From an uncultured Gammaproteobacteria bacterium (GTDB lineage Bacteria > Pseudomonadota > Gammaproteobacteria > Natronospirales > JAIVGZ01): DNA of 64,000 nucleotides. The notes beneath the pieces were generated by a model, which was not told the DNA's origin, did not search any database, and saw nothing but the letters and a program-made list of their open reading frames with translations. The stretch's first letter is position 1. Every line of letters starts with the position of its first letter. Shown here in pieces: positions 27,270-39,436 of the stretch. The position numbers and the translations under genes are program-made. The stretch is taken from assembly GCA_964552205.1 (NCBI GenBank), contig CAZKFT010000003.1, forward strand, positions 35,016 to 99,015. The letters are read 5' to 3'.

Positions 27270-29303
27270 TCAGTAAGCCAGCAGCGGTGCAATCACCAAG
27301 CTGACAATGGCCATGACATTGATAAGAATGTTCATGGTCGGACCGGAGGTGTCCTTCAGCGGGTCGCCGACGGTGTCGCCGACCACATTGGCCTTGTGAG
27401 TATCGGAACCCTTGCCGCCGAAGTTGCCCTTTTCGACATGCTTCTTGGCGTTGTCCCAGGCGCCGCCTGCGTTGGCCATGGTGAGCGCCAAGAGCACGCA
27501 ACCCAGCAGCGCGCCACCGAGCATGCCACCAAGTGCTTCCGCACCGAGTGTGAAGCCGATGACCACCGGACCCAACACCGCGAGCGCCGCGGGAAGAATC
27601 ATCTTCCACAGGGCTGCCTTGGTCGCGATATCCACGCAACGGACGGTGTCTGGCTTGCCGGTGCCCTCGAGCAGGCCCGGAATTTCACGGAACTGACGAC
27701 GGATTTCCTTGATCATCTCGAAGGCCGCATCGCCCACCGCGGTCATGGTGATGGAGGCCACCAGGAACGGGAAGATGCCGCCAATCAGCATACCAACCAG
27801 CACGTTCGGATCATTGATCTGGAGCTGGAAGTCAGGGATGCGATGCGAGACTTCGGAAATGTACGCGGTGATGATGGTCAGCGCTGCCAGTGCCGCAGCA
27901 CCAATGGCGAAGCCCTTACCGATGGCAGCCGTGGTGTTGCCGAGTTCGTCTAGGGAGTCGGTGATCGCGCGCGTTTCTTTCCCGAGACCCGACATTTCCG
28001 CGATACCGCCTGCGTTGTCCGCGACCGGGCCGTACGCATCAATCGCCATGGTCATGCCGACGGTTGCCAGCATGCCCACCGCCGCGATTCCCACGCCGTA
28101 GAGGCCCGCCAGTTCCGACGCCACATAGATGATCGAGGCGATGGTCAGCATCGGGATCACCACCGACTGCATACCCGTCGCCAAGCCGGCGATGATGACA
28201 GTCGCAGGACCGGTCTCACCGGAAGCGGCAATCTTCTTCACCGGGCCACCCGAAGTGTAGTACTCGGTGCTCAGGCCGATGATGATGCCGCCGACCGCAC
28301 CGGCGATGACCGCGAACCAGACATTGCTGCCCAGGCCCATCGCAGCGATGGCGAACCAAGCTGCCCCGATGAACAACACGGTAGCAGTGAAGGTACCGAT
28401 ACGCAGGGCAACCGCTGGCTCCTTGCCGGACACAACCTTGACGACCGCAATGGCGATAATCGAGCAGACCAGGCCAACCGACGACAGCAACAATGGCATC
28501 GCCATCAATGCGGCGCGAACCTCATCGGTCACCAAGATGGCGCCGATAAAGGCCTCAGCCGCGAGACCCATGGTCGATGCGATTGCAATCGTTGCAATCA
28601 TGGCACCGCAATACGACTCGAAAATGTCCGAGCCCATGCCGGCCACGTCACCGACGTTGTCACCAACGTTGTCGGCGATAACACCCGGGTTGCGCGGATC
28701 GTCTTCCGGGATGCCAGCTTCAATCTTGCCAACCAAGTCCGCACCGACGTCAGCAGACTTGGTGAAGATGCCGCCGCCGACACGCGAGAACAGCGCGACG
28801 ACCGAGGCGCCTACGCCGAAGCCATGGATTTTCTCCGCGGTGTCCGGGTCAGTGCCGAAGAAGTAGTAGAGAAGCCCAAGACCAAGCAGGCCCATGGATG
28901 CCAGCGCCAAGCCCATGACCGATCCACCGAAGAAGGCAACAGTCAGTGCCTCCGGTGCGCCCTTGGTGTTAGCGGCCAAGGTGGTACGGACGTTCGCTTT
29001 GGTGGCGGCGAACATGCCAATCCAGCCGGCGCTTGCAGAGGCCAGGGCACCGACGATAGCGGCAACAGCGGTCATCCAGCCCAGAGGAGATATCCAGATG
29101 GCGGCGATGATGATGACCATGAAGATCGACATGACCGAGTACTCGCGACGCATGAAAGTCATGGCGCCGATATGAATCTCGTGTGCGATTTCGGCCATCT
29201 TGCCTTCCCCGGCGGGGTAGGCCTTGACCATCATGTAAACAAGCCAAGCGGCCACGAGGCCGACTACGCCGAGTGCCGGCGGGATGATATAGAGGTTATC
29301 CAT
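27270..29303 (-). CDS. hppA: membrane-bound proton(/sodium)-translocating pyrophosphatase, K+-dependent type
   Basis: 677 aa and polytopic. Motifs are [33 protein letters not shown] and [10 protein letters not shown]. The [14 protein letters not shown] motif carries Ala rather than Lys, the signature of K+-dependent PPases. Confidence 0.93.
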   Translation of the reverse strand: MDNLYIIPPALGVVGLVAAWLVYMMVKAYPAGEGKMAEIAHEIHIGAMTFMRREYSVMSIFMVIIIAAIWISPLGWMTAVAAIVGALASASAGWIGMFAATKANVRTTLAANTKGAPEALTVAFFGGSVMGLALASMGLLGLGLLYYFFGTDPDTAEKIHGFGVGASVVALFSRVGGGIFTKSADVGADLVGKIEAGIPEDDPRNPGVIADNVGDNVGDVAGMGSDIFESYCGAMIATIAIASTMGLAAEAFIGAILVTDEVRAALMAMPLLLSSVGLVCSIIAIAVVKVVSGKEPAVALRIGTFTATVLFIGAAWFAIAAMGLGSNVWFAVIAGAVGGIIIGLSTEYYTSGGPVKKIAASGETGPATVIIAGLATGMQSVVIPMLTIASIIYVASELAGLYGVGIAAVGMLATVGMTMAIDAYGPVADNAGGIAEMSGLGKETRAITDSLDELGNTTAAIGKGFAIGAAALAALTIITAYISEVSHRIPDFQLQINDPNVLVGMLIGGIFPFLVASITMTAVGDAAFEMIKEIRRQFREIPGLLEGTGKPDTVRCVDIATKAALWKMILPAALAVLGPVVIGFTLGAEALGGMLGGALLGCVLLALTMANAGGAWDNAKKHVEKGNFGGKGSDTHKANVVGDTVGDPLKDTSGPTMNILINVMAIVSLVIAPLLAY

Positions 29304-29396
29304 TAAGGCGTCTCTCTTTTTAAGTTCGTGTTTTTACGGGGAATACAGCTTTTGCGGGCGGGAATTGTACACGGAATGAGCGGCTGGGCCTAGAAA

Positions 29397-29435
29397 TTCG
29401 CGGCCTCACCGTGGGAGCGGCCCTCTGGCCGCGAA
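29397..29435. repeat. REP-like palindromic element (GTGGGAGCGG...CCGCGAA variant)
   Basis: TTCGCGGCC-TCACC-GTGGGAGC-GGCCCTCTGGCCGCGAA. It is intergenic between thiC and hppA and shares its head and tail with the GTAGGAGCGG...CCGCGAA family. Confidence 0.7.
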
Positions 29436-29462
29436 TAATTAATGTGGCACCTCAAGCACCCT

Positions 29463-29568
29463 GTAGGAGCGGTGCTTCGCACCGCGAACGGTACAGGGGT
29501 GGCTCTCGGAAGGAGCCGGGCTCGTGCGACAAGGTCATCCCATTCGCGGCGCAAAGCGCCGCTCCTAC
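29463..29568. repeat. convergent REP pair (BIME-like)
   Basis: GTAGGAGCGGTGCTTCGCACCGCGAA (29463-29488) and its inverted partner TTCGCGGCGCAAAGCGCCGCTCCTAC (29543-29568), separated by 54 bp. Confidence 0.85.
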
Positions 29569-29578
29569 CGCGAACTTC

Positions 29579-31981
<2,403 letters not shown>

Positions 31982-31985
<4 letters not shown>

Positions 31986-32308
31986 CGGTGATGCGTGAAC
32001 TAACCGCAACGGCGCTCAAGGTCAGGATGGATGCGGGCGATCCTCTCGTGTTGCTCGATGTTCGCGAGCCCTGGGAGTTGGACATCGCCGAATTTCCAGG
32101 TGCCAGGCCGGTCAGCATGGCGGAATTGCCAGCTGCCTTGGAAGACCTGCCCAAGGACTCCGAGATCGTGGTGATATGCCACCATGGCGGCCGCAGCTTC
32201 ACAGCAGGTATGGTGCTGGAGCGCGCAGGGTTCCAGTCGGTGACCAATCTCGCCGGGGGCATTGACGGATGGTCCCGCGAGGTGGACCCGTCGGTCCCGT
32301 CGTATTAG
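31982..32308 (+). CDS. rhodanese-like sulfurtransferase domain protein
   Basis: 108 aa (TTG 31982; alternative ATG 31991). LLDVREPWE, the active-site loop CHHGGRS, and GGIDGW. Confidence 0.85.
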
Positions 32309-32496
32309 GCCGTTCCGGAATCGCAAATCCCTGCCCCGAAAGCGGAACGCTAACAAGCTCGATTTCCGGAACTTATGAGCAAAGACGGGGTCTGGAACGG
32401 TTCTTGCACTAAGGTTTGAGCACCTTGCGGGGCTTGCTTGCGAGCTCAAATGAGTTGGTGTTATAGTACACCGCAACACCTAGAGGCCAATGCGTT

Positions 32497-33843
32497 ATGA
32501 ACATGACCAAACTGATTTTCACCGCGCTGCTCGGGCTGAGCATCTCCCTGCCTGCCCAAGCCGATGACCTCTGGTCTGTGTACCAAGAGGCGCTGCGGAA
32601 TGACCCCGCACTTCGCGAGGCGCTGGCAACGCGAAACGCCCAGCGCGAAGGGCGGCCACAGGCACTTGCGACGCTGCTTCCCACACTGGGTATTGGTGGC
32701 TCCAACACCGATAGGACATCCGACGGTACCCAGGTCCGCCTGGACGACTTCGGCAACATCGGGCTGGTGGATTTCAGTTCCACTACCGAAGCCCGCAGCT
32801 ACTCGCTGTCGCTCGAACAGCCGCTGTTCCGCTGGGACCGCTGGGTGGGACTGCGCCAAGCGGATCTGCGTGTCGCCCGCGCCGAGATCAACTATGAAGC
32901 GGCGCGCCAACAACTCATCGTGCGGGTAGCCGAGCGCTACTTCGATTTGCTGGCAGCGCAGGACAACCTGGCGTTCGCCGAAGCCAACAAGGAAGCCATC
33001 TCCCGCCAGCTCGACCAGTCACGTCGCCGCTTCGAGGTCGGGTTGATTGCCATCACCGACGTGCAGGAAGCTCAGGCTGGTTATGACACGGCCGTGGCCG
33101 ACGAAATCGGTGCACGCCGCCGGGTTGCCGCTGCCCGCGAGCAGCTGCGCGAGATCACCGGCGAGTACTACCGTTCGCTGGCAGGCCCGCAGACAGACCT
33201 TCCGCTGGTCGCGCCGGAGCCGGCTGATGAAGACGCGTGGGTACGACGCGCCATCCAGGACAACCTTGCGCTGAACGCGCAACGCGTCGCCACCGATATC
33301 GCCGACAGTGAGATATCAAGGCAGCGCGCAGGACACTATCCGACGGTTGACCTGTCCGCCAGCCGCGGCAAGCAGGAGAACTCCGGTGCGACGCCATTCG
33401 ACACCAGCGACACGGACTTCCGTTCCGTCACGCTGCGGGTGAATGTTCCGCTGTTCGCTGGTGGTGCAACCCGCTCACGGGTACGCCAGGCCGCCTACGA
33501 ACACGAAGCCGCCAAGTCTGCCCTGGAGCGCGAAGCACGCGCCACCGAGCGGACTACCCGCGACGCCTACCTGGGTGTGCAGTCCGACATCAGTCGTGTG
33601 CAGGCGCTGCGCCAGGCACTCGCCTCGAATGAGACTGCGCTGCAGGCTACCGAAGCAGGTTTCGAAGTCGGCACCCGCACCACGGTGGATGTACTGAACG
33701 CCCGCAGCGCCGCCTTCCGCGCACGCAATGAACTTGCGCGCAGCCGCTACGATTACCTGTTGAACACGCTGCGACTGAAGGCCGCCGCCGGTTCTCTCTC
33801 GGAGAGTGACCTGCAGCAGGTCAATGCGATGCTACAGCGTTGA
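32497..33843 (+). CDS. tolC: TolC-family outer-membrane efflux channel
   Basis: 448 aa with the signal MNMTKLIFTALLGLSISLPAQA. DLWSVYQEALRNDP and two repeated coiled/beta halves typical of TolC. Confidence 0.88.
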   Translation: MNMTKLIFTALLGLSISLPAQADDLWSVYQEALRNDPALREALATRNAQREGRPQALATLLPTLGIGGSNTDRTSDGTQVRLDDFGNIGLVDFSSTTEARSYSLSLEQPLFRWDRWVGLRQADLRVARAEINYEAARQQLIVRVAERYFDLLAAQDNLAFAEANKEAISRQLDQSRRRFEVGLIAITDVQEAQAGYDTAVADEIGARRRVAAAREQLREITGEYYRSLAGPQTDLPLVAPEPADEDAWVRRAIQDNLALNAQRVATDIADSEISRQRAGHYPTVDLSASRGKQENSGATPFDTSDTDFRSVTLRVNVPLFAGGATRSRVRQAAYEHEAAKSALEREARATERTTRDAYLGVQSDISRVQALRQALASNETALQATEAGFEVGTRTTVDVLNARSAAFRARNELARSRYDYLLNTLRLKAAAGSLSESDLQQVNAMLQR

Positions 33844-33846
33844 TGC

Positions 33847-35112
33847 TCACTCCGGCAGGATGCCGGAGACCAGATGCATGATCCTTTCCACCGCGCCGCG
33901 ATTCTGATCCAGAACGCGGCGCGCTGCTTTTCCGCGCAGGCTCCGCTCACCCTCATCCTGCAACAAGCGGGACACTGCGTCGCCCAGCGCCTGACTGTTT
34001 GCAACCTCCTCAACCGCATTTTCCTGCACCATGAGCGCATGCATGCGTTTGATGTTCTGCACATGCGGTCCGCATAGAAGCGGCAATCCGAACGCGGCAG
34101 GCTCCAGCAGGTTGTGTCCTCCCACCGGGACCAAGGTGCCCCCGACGAAGGCCACCTGCACCACGCCATAAAACACAGCAAGTTCGCCGAGTGTGTCCAC
34201 GACATAGACCTGGGTGTCGGCATCACACACGCCACCCTCACTGCGTAGCGCCCCATTCAATCCCGATGCCTGCACTTGGGCGGCCACCTCTTCGCTACGA
34301 CCCGGGTGTCGTGGCGCCAGAACCAGTACTGCGCCGGGTATCGATGATATGACACGCTTGTGTGCCTCCAGAGCGGCGGCCTCCTCCCCTGCGTGAGTGC
34401 TGGCCGCTATCCACACCGGCCGACCGGCAATCCCTATTTCCTCCGCGACCGTTGCTGCGCGTTCCAACAGCCCGGACGGCAACTGGAAATCGAATTTGAT
34501 ATTGCCACCGACAGTGACGCGGGTAGGGTCTGCGCCTAGGGCCTGTATCCGTTGTGCATCTTCATCGCTCTGCGCGCTGATGACTTTCGGCACCTGAAGG
34601 GTGGCGGCAATGAGGCTACGCCAGCGTGCGTAGGAGGCCGCACCCTGTTCGGTGACGCGCGCACTCACCACAATCAGAGGCACGCGTGCGCGCGCGGCAG
34701 CAGCATATAGGTTGGGCCAAAGTTCGGTCTCGACGATGATGCCGATACGGGGGCGGGCACGCTTGATGAAGCGTTGCGTGGCGCCCGGGAAATCAAATGG
34801 CAGCAACGCACACCGCACGCTGCTCGGGAGATGGCGTAGCGCATGGTCGCGGCCGCTGGGCGTGAAGGTGGTCAGGAGAATGGGACGATCCTGATACTGC
34901 ATGCGCAAGGCATCCACCAGCCGTAGTGCGGCCTGCACTTCCCCTACCGAGGCGGCGTGTACCCAGATGCCGCCACGACCCACCGAAGGCAGATAGCCGA
35001 AACGCTCCCGCCAACCATGCCGCCACACCCGGTCGCGGAAGGCGAGCTGCGCCAGCCACAAGGCAATGAACGGCGTGGCGAGGTACCAAATGAGCGAGTA
35101 CAAACGCAGCAT
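33847..35112 (-). CDS. waaA: 3-deoxy-D-manno-octulosonic acid (Kdo) transferase
   Basis: 421 aa with WVHAASVGEV, ETELWPNL and GGSLVPVGGHNLLEPA-type motifs. Confidence 0.92.
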   Translation of the reverse strand: MLRLYSLIWYLATPFIALWLAQLAFRDRVWRHGWRERFGYLPSVGRGGIWVHAASVGEVQAALRLVDALRMQYQDRPILLTTFTPSGRDHALRHLPSSVRCALLPFDFPGATQRFIKRARPRIGIIVETELWPNLYAAAARARVPLIVVSARVTEQGAASYARWRSLIAATLQVPKVISAQSDEDAQRIQALGADPTRVTVGGNIKFDFQLPSGLLERAATVAEEIGIAGRPVWIAASTHAGEEAAALEAHKRVISSIPGAVLVLAPRHPGRSEEVAAQVQASGLNGALRSEGGVCDADTQVYVVDTLGELAVFYGVVQVAFVGGTLVPVGGHNLLEPAAFGLPLLCGPHVQNIKRMHALMVQENAVEEVANSQALGDAVSRLLQDEGERSLRGKAARRVLDQNRGAVERIMHLVSGILPE

Positions 35113-36534
35113 TCAGTCCACCTGGGACTGGCCACGAATCGCGGCGATGATGCGACTCGTGGAACACCCGTCGCGGAACGGGAGAATTCTGACCTCACCT
35201 GCATGTTCTCCGCCCGCGACTTCCTCCGGTTGGTAATCGCCGCCCTTCACCAAAATATCGGGCTTGACCATCTCCACCAAGGCAGCAGGCGTGTCTTCAC
35301 CAAACGGGACTACCCAATCAACCGAAGCAAGCCCAGCCAACACCGCCAGCCTATGCTCCAGCGGATTCACCGGACGCCCCATCCCCTTGAGACGGGTGAC
35401 AGAGGCGTCGTCGTTCACGGCAACAATCAAGCGATCCCCAAGTCGGCGTGCGTCTTCGAGGTAGGCGACATGCCCCGGGTGCAGGATGTCGAAGCATCCG
35501 TTGGTCATGACGATGCGCTCTCCTGCAGCACGCGCGGCCGCTACGCGCCGCAGCAGAGTGGTTTGGTCGCTGACCCCACTCCCTCCCTGGCGCCCGGCAT
35601 GCAGCGCAAGCGCAAGCTCAGACGGCGTGACACTTGCAGCCCCCAGCTTGCCGACAACGATACCTGCAGCAATGTTCGCAACTCGTGCAGCGTCTGCCAT
35701 GCTGAGCCCCGCACCGATGCCCGCTGCCAAGGTCGCAATCACGGTGTCGCCAGCGCCGGTCACATCGAAGACCTCACGCGCTTCCGCTGCGAGATTCAAG
35801 GGGGCCTCGCTGGAGTAGAGACTCATGCCTTCCTCGCTGCGCGTCACCAGCAAAGCTTCCAGTGAGAGCGCTCGGCGAAGTTCATCTGCACGCGCCGAGA
35901 GTTGTTCATCGTTAGCGCAAGCACCCACCACAATCTCGAACTCACCCCGATTGGGTGTGAGTGCGCTTGCCCCTATGTACCGCTCCCAGTCCCTGCCTTT
36001 CGGATCCACCAACACGGGAATGTTGTGGGCATGCGCCGCCTGGATGAGCGCTGCACAATCGCCGATGGCACCCTTGCCGTAATCTGAAATCACAAGCACG
36101 GAAATGTCATCCAGAGCCGCAATTGCCGTGCGCTCCACCTCAGCAGCTGCACCTGCAGGTAGCGGGGTCTCGAAATCCAACCGGATCAACTGCTGGTTGC
36201 GGGAAATGACGCGTAGCTTGGTGACCGTGCGCCACCCAGCGGCGCAAACCAGCTTCGGGGCAACCCCGGACGCTAGGAGCGCGTCTTCAAGAACACTTCC
36301 GGCGGGGTCGTCAGCGATCGCTGCGACGAGTTGCACGTGCGCACCCAGTGCCGCCAGGTTGACCGCCACGTTCCCGGCCCCGCCGGCACGTTCCTCCACT
36401 TCACCGACATGCACGATAGGGACCGGTGCCTCCGGCGAGATGCGTGCGGTCTGTCCGTACCAATACCGGTCCAGCATGGCATCACCCACCACCAGAACAC
36501 GAGCATCGGAAAAGCGCGGTATTTCAGGGTCCAT
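35113..36534 (-). CDS. hldE: bifunctional D-beta-D-heptose 7-phosphate kinase / D-beta-D-heptose 1-phosphate adenylyltransferase
   Basis: 473 aa. N-terminal ribokinase-like domain (VLVVGDAMLDRYWYG, DVTGAGDT) plus a C-terminal cytidylyltransferase domain (TNGCFDILHPGHV). Confidence 0.93.
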   Translation of the reverse strand: MDPEIPRFSDARVLVVGDAMLDRYWYGQTARISPEAPVPIVHVGEVEERAGGAGNVAVNLAALGAHVQLVAAIADDPAGSVLEDALLASGVAPKLVCAAGWRTVTKLRVISRNQQLIRLDFETPLPAGAAAEVERTAIAALDDISVLVISDYGKGAIGDCAALIQAAHAHNIPVLVDPKGRDWERYIGASALTPNRGEFEIVVGACANDEQLSARADELRRALSLEALLVTRSEEGMSLYSSEAPLNLAAEAREVFDVTGAGDTVIATLAAGIGAGLSMADAARVANIAAGIVVGKLGAASVTPSELALALHAGRQGGSGVSDQTTLLRRVAAARAAGERIVMTNGCFDILHPGHVAYLEDARRLGDRLIVAVNDDASVTRLKGMGRPVNPLEHRLAVLAGLASVDWVVPFGEDTPAALVEMVKPDILVKGGDYQPEEVAGGEHAGEVRILPFRDGCSTSRIIAAIRGQSQVD

Positions 36535-36554
36535 GATGTTTGGGATGATACCCT

Positions 36555-37487
36555 ATGCGTCTGATGACGAGTGAACACGGACCCTTCCCCTGGCGGCAAT
36601 TTCTGGCACCCCGGTACTGGCATATCTGGGTGGTGCTCGCGCTATTCCGGGCGCTCGTCTTGCTCCCCTACGGAATCCAGATCCGGCTCGGAAGTCTCAT
36701 CGGCCGGGTGACGGGCGTGTTCATGAGGAAGCGGCGCAGGATTGCCACCACCAATCTGGCCCTGTGTTTTCCAACCATGGACGAAGCTGCAAGAAAGAAG
36801 CTGCTTGGCGACCACTTCGCGGCGCTGGGGATAGGTCTGGTCGAGGCCGCCAACTGCTGGTGGGCGTCGGATGAGCGCCTCCGCCGCATGGTCCGCATGG
36901 ACGGCCTTGAACACCTCGAGCGGGCCCGCGCCAGCGGTCGCCCAATCATCCTGTTGTCTGCGCACTTCACCACCTTGGAAATCGGTGGGCGCTTGTTGGG
37001 ATTGTTCACACCCTTCCACCTGATGTACCGGCCCAGCAGCAACCCGTTGCTGGAGGAAGTGATCCGCCGCAATCGTGAAGCCCATTTCGAAAAAGCCATC
37101 CCACACGACTCGGTCAAGGACATGATGCGAAGTCTGAAGGACGGCATACCTGTGTGGTACGCACCGGACCAGAACTACCGCCGCAAACACAGCGTACTGG
37201 CACCATTCTTCAACATCCCGGTGGCTACCAACACGGCAACTTCGCGCATCGCGCGCTCCAGCGGCGCCATCGTCATCCCGTTCTTGGTAAAGCGCTTACG
37301 AGGAAGTGCGGGCTATCAGTTGACACTGAGCCCACCCTTGGAGCATTTCCCGTCTGAGGACGCTGTTGAGGATGCGGCAACCATGAATCTGATTTTCGAA
37401 ACCGCGATCCGCGAGGCACCGGAGCAGTATCTGTGGATACACCGGCGCTTCAAGCCTCTGCCGGGCCAGACTGACCCATATAAGTAG
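36555..37487 (+). CDS. lpxL: lipid A biosynthesis (Kdo)-lipid IVA acyltransferase (LpxL/HtrB family)
   Basis: 310 aa with an N-terminal TM segment. The LSAHFTTLEIGG (HX4E-type) motif and PDQNY motif are typical of late acyltransferases. The lauroyl versus myristoyl assignment is unknown. Confidence 0.8.
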   Translation: MRLMTSEHGPFPWRQFLAPRYWHIWVVLALFRALVLLPYGIQIRLGSLIGRVTGVFMRKRRRIATTNLALCFPTMDEAARKKLLGDHFAALGIGLVEAANCWWASDERLRRMVRMDGLEHLERARASGRPIILLSAHFTTLEIGGRLLGLFTPFHLMYRPSSNPLLEEVIRRNREAHFEKAIPHDSVKDMMRSLKDGIPVWYAPDQNYRRKHSVLAPFFNIPVATNTATSRIARSSGAIVIPFLVKRLRGSAGYQLTLSPPLEHFPSEDAVEDAATMNLIFETAIREAPEQYLWIHRRFKPLPGQTDPYK

Positions 37488-38178
37488 CAATCAAGGCGTC
37501 CCACCCAGCGCGCGAGTAGTACAGCGCGCGGCCGGTCGCATGCACTTTTTCGAGTGACCGTCGCAAGCGGAAGAGGTTGGCGCGTTGCCAGCGCACGCCA
37601 CTCCGGCGCCGATGGCCGCGGTCGAAATCGACGAGGAAAACCCGACCGTTGGCATCCATGAGGATGTTGTGGGCGTTCAGGTCAGCGTGGTCAACACCCG
37701 CATCATGAAACCGGCGTAGCGTGGCACCGATGGCCTGCCAGCCGCTGGTGGCGATCTCGGCGTCGGCCAGGAGGTCCACCAGTGAGCGCGTCCCCGGCAA
37801 CCACTCGGTCACCAGTTCGGCGCGATACCAGAACGCTTTGTGTCGAACGCGTGTTGCCAGCGGCGCGGGAACCGGCAGTCCCTCTGCGTGCAGTTCGGCC
37901 AGCAGACGGAACTCCCGAAAAGCCCGCGTGTTGTCCAACCCGGTCCACAAGTAGGCCGTCGTCAGCAAGTAGCGCACCATGCCCCCACGACGATATTGGC
38001 GCAGCGCCGTGTTCAAGTCGTTGACGCGAACCCGCCATATTCCGCCGCGACCCGAGCCCACCACAGGTTCTCTCACGACTTCAGGGTGCTGATCGAAGGG
38101 GACATCATCCGGGTGCGGAATGCGGTCGGCATCGTATAGGATGACAGTGCCGTTGGAGCGATGTATCTGGGGATTCAT
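37450..38178 (-). CDS. kdkA: 3-deoxy-D-manno-octulosonic acid kinase
   Basis: 242 aa with a small kinase fold and HADLNAHNILMD (catalytic loop) and FLVDFDRG. It sits inside the LPS core cluster. Confidence 0.82.
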   Translation of the reverse strand: MNPQIHRSNGTVILYDADRIPHPDDVPFDQHPEVVREPVVGSGRGGIWRVRVNDLNTALRQYRRGGMVRYLLTTAYLWTGLDNTRAFREFRLLAELHAEGLPVPAPLATRVRHKAFWYRAELVTEWLPGTRSLVDLLADAEIATSGWQAIGATLRRFHDAGVDHADLNAHNILMDANGRVFLVDFDRGHRRRSGVRWQRANLFRLRRSLEKVHATGRALYYSRAGWDALIATYMGQSGPAEA

Positions 38179-38190
38179 GCGGGAGCGGTC

Positions 38191-39228
38191 ATGTCCTTGT
38201 GCGTATTGAGACTATCTGCGATTGGCGACATTTGCCACACACTGCCGGTGGTCCGCACCCTGCAGGCAAACCTGCCTGGTACTCCTATCACCTGGATCAT
38301 CGGTCGCACAGAGGCTGGCCTCATCGGGGACATCCCGGGCATCGAGTTTATCACCTTCGACAAACGGTCCGGTTGGTCGGGCATGCGAGCCATCGGCAAG
38401 CAATTGCGGGGGCGTCGATTCGAGACATTGCTGCACATGCAGGTTGCCGTTCGCGCCAGTATCCTCAGCACATTCGTGCGCGCGGAGCGCCGCATCGGGT
38501 TTGACCGTGAACGGGCGCGTGACTTCCAGTGGCTGTTCACCAACGCCCGCATCCCTCCTGCGCCCAGGCAACATGTCATGGATGGGCTGTTCGGATTCGC
38601 CAAGGCCTTGGGTGTCACCGAACGCTCCTTGCGCTGGGACATCCCGGTTCCGCCTGCGGCCGCAGATTATGCAGCCAAGCACATCCCCGATGGCCAACGC
38701 ACGATGGTCATCAGTCCTTGCTCCAGCGACCGCTTCCGCAATTTTCGCAACTGGCGACCGGAGAACTACATCGCAGTAGCGGAGTATGCGCATCGCGTTC
38801 ATGGGTTGGAGGTTCTGATCACCGGTGGACCGACCCCGCTGGAACGCGATTACGGCGCGCGCATCGCCGAAGGCGCGCAAGCGCCAGTAACAAACCTGGT
38901 CGGGAACACCAACCTCAAGCAATTGTACGCGGTGCTTGAAAGAGCCGCGGTGGTCGTGAGCCCCGATTCCGGACCCGTACACATGGCGACGGCAGCAGGA
39001 ACGCCGGTCATCGGCCTGTATGCGAGTTCCAACCCGGATCGCACGGGCCCCTACCAACAGCGCCAGTGGACGGTGAATTGTTACCCGGAGGCCTTGATGA
39101 AAGAGTGCGGGAAAACCGTGGACGAGGTTCGGTGGGGAAAAAGAGTGCGCAACCCCGATGCGATGGAACTGGTGACGGTAGCGGATGTCACCAAGCGCTT
39201 GGACGCGCTACTCAGTCCTTCAGCGTGA
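38191..39228 (+). CDS. glycosyltransferase family 9 (LPS heptosyltransferase)
   Basis: ORF 38161..39228 trimmed to ATG 38191 (MSLCVLRLSAIGDICHTLPVV). Motifs are GNTNLKQLYAVLERAAVVVSPDSGPVHMA. WaaC versus WaaF cannot be decided. Confidence 0.82.
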   Translation: MSLCVLRLSAIGDICHTLPVVRTLQANLPGTPITWIIGRTEAGLIGDIPGIEFITFDKRSGWSGMRAIGKQLRGRRFETLLHMQVAVRASILSTFVRAERRIGFDRERARDFQWLFTNARIPPAPRQHVMDGLFGFAKALGVTERSLRWDIPVPPAAADYAAKHIPDGQRTMVISPCSSDRFRNFRNWRPENYIAVAEYAHRVHGLEVLITGGPTPLERDYGARIAEGAQAPVTNLVGNTNLKQLYAVLERAAVVVSPDSGPVHMATAAGTPVIGLYASSNPDRTGPYQQRQWTVNCYPEALMKECGKTVDEVRWGKRVRNPDAMELVTVADVTKRLDALLSPSA

Positions 39229-39418
39229 AATCGGTCCCGCAGTAAGGACACTTGGCGGTGCCGGTGACCTCGATAGGCAGAAATACCCGTGGGTGTGAAT
39301 TCCACAGCGACATGTCTGGCAACGGACAATGCAATGGCAGGTCTGCCCGCGCCACTTCGACTCTGCGTTGGTCGTTGGGAATCTTCTCGCCGACTGCCGA
39401 CATGCTCTCACCCGTCAT
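39212..39418 (-). CDS. zinc-finger (zf-CHCC type) small protein
   Basis: 68 aa with LPLHCPLP...HPRVFLPI...KCPYCGTDF, resembling the NDUFS6-like zf-CHCC domain. It lies directly downstream of glnE. Confidence 0.7.
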   Translation of the reverse strand: MTGESMSAVGEKIPNDQRRVEVARADLPLHCPLPDMSLWNSHPRVFLPIEVTGTAKCPYCGTDFTLKD

Positions 39419-39436
39419 CGCGTTGGAATGGCGTCA

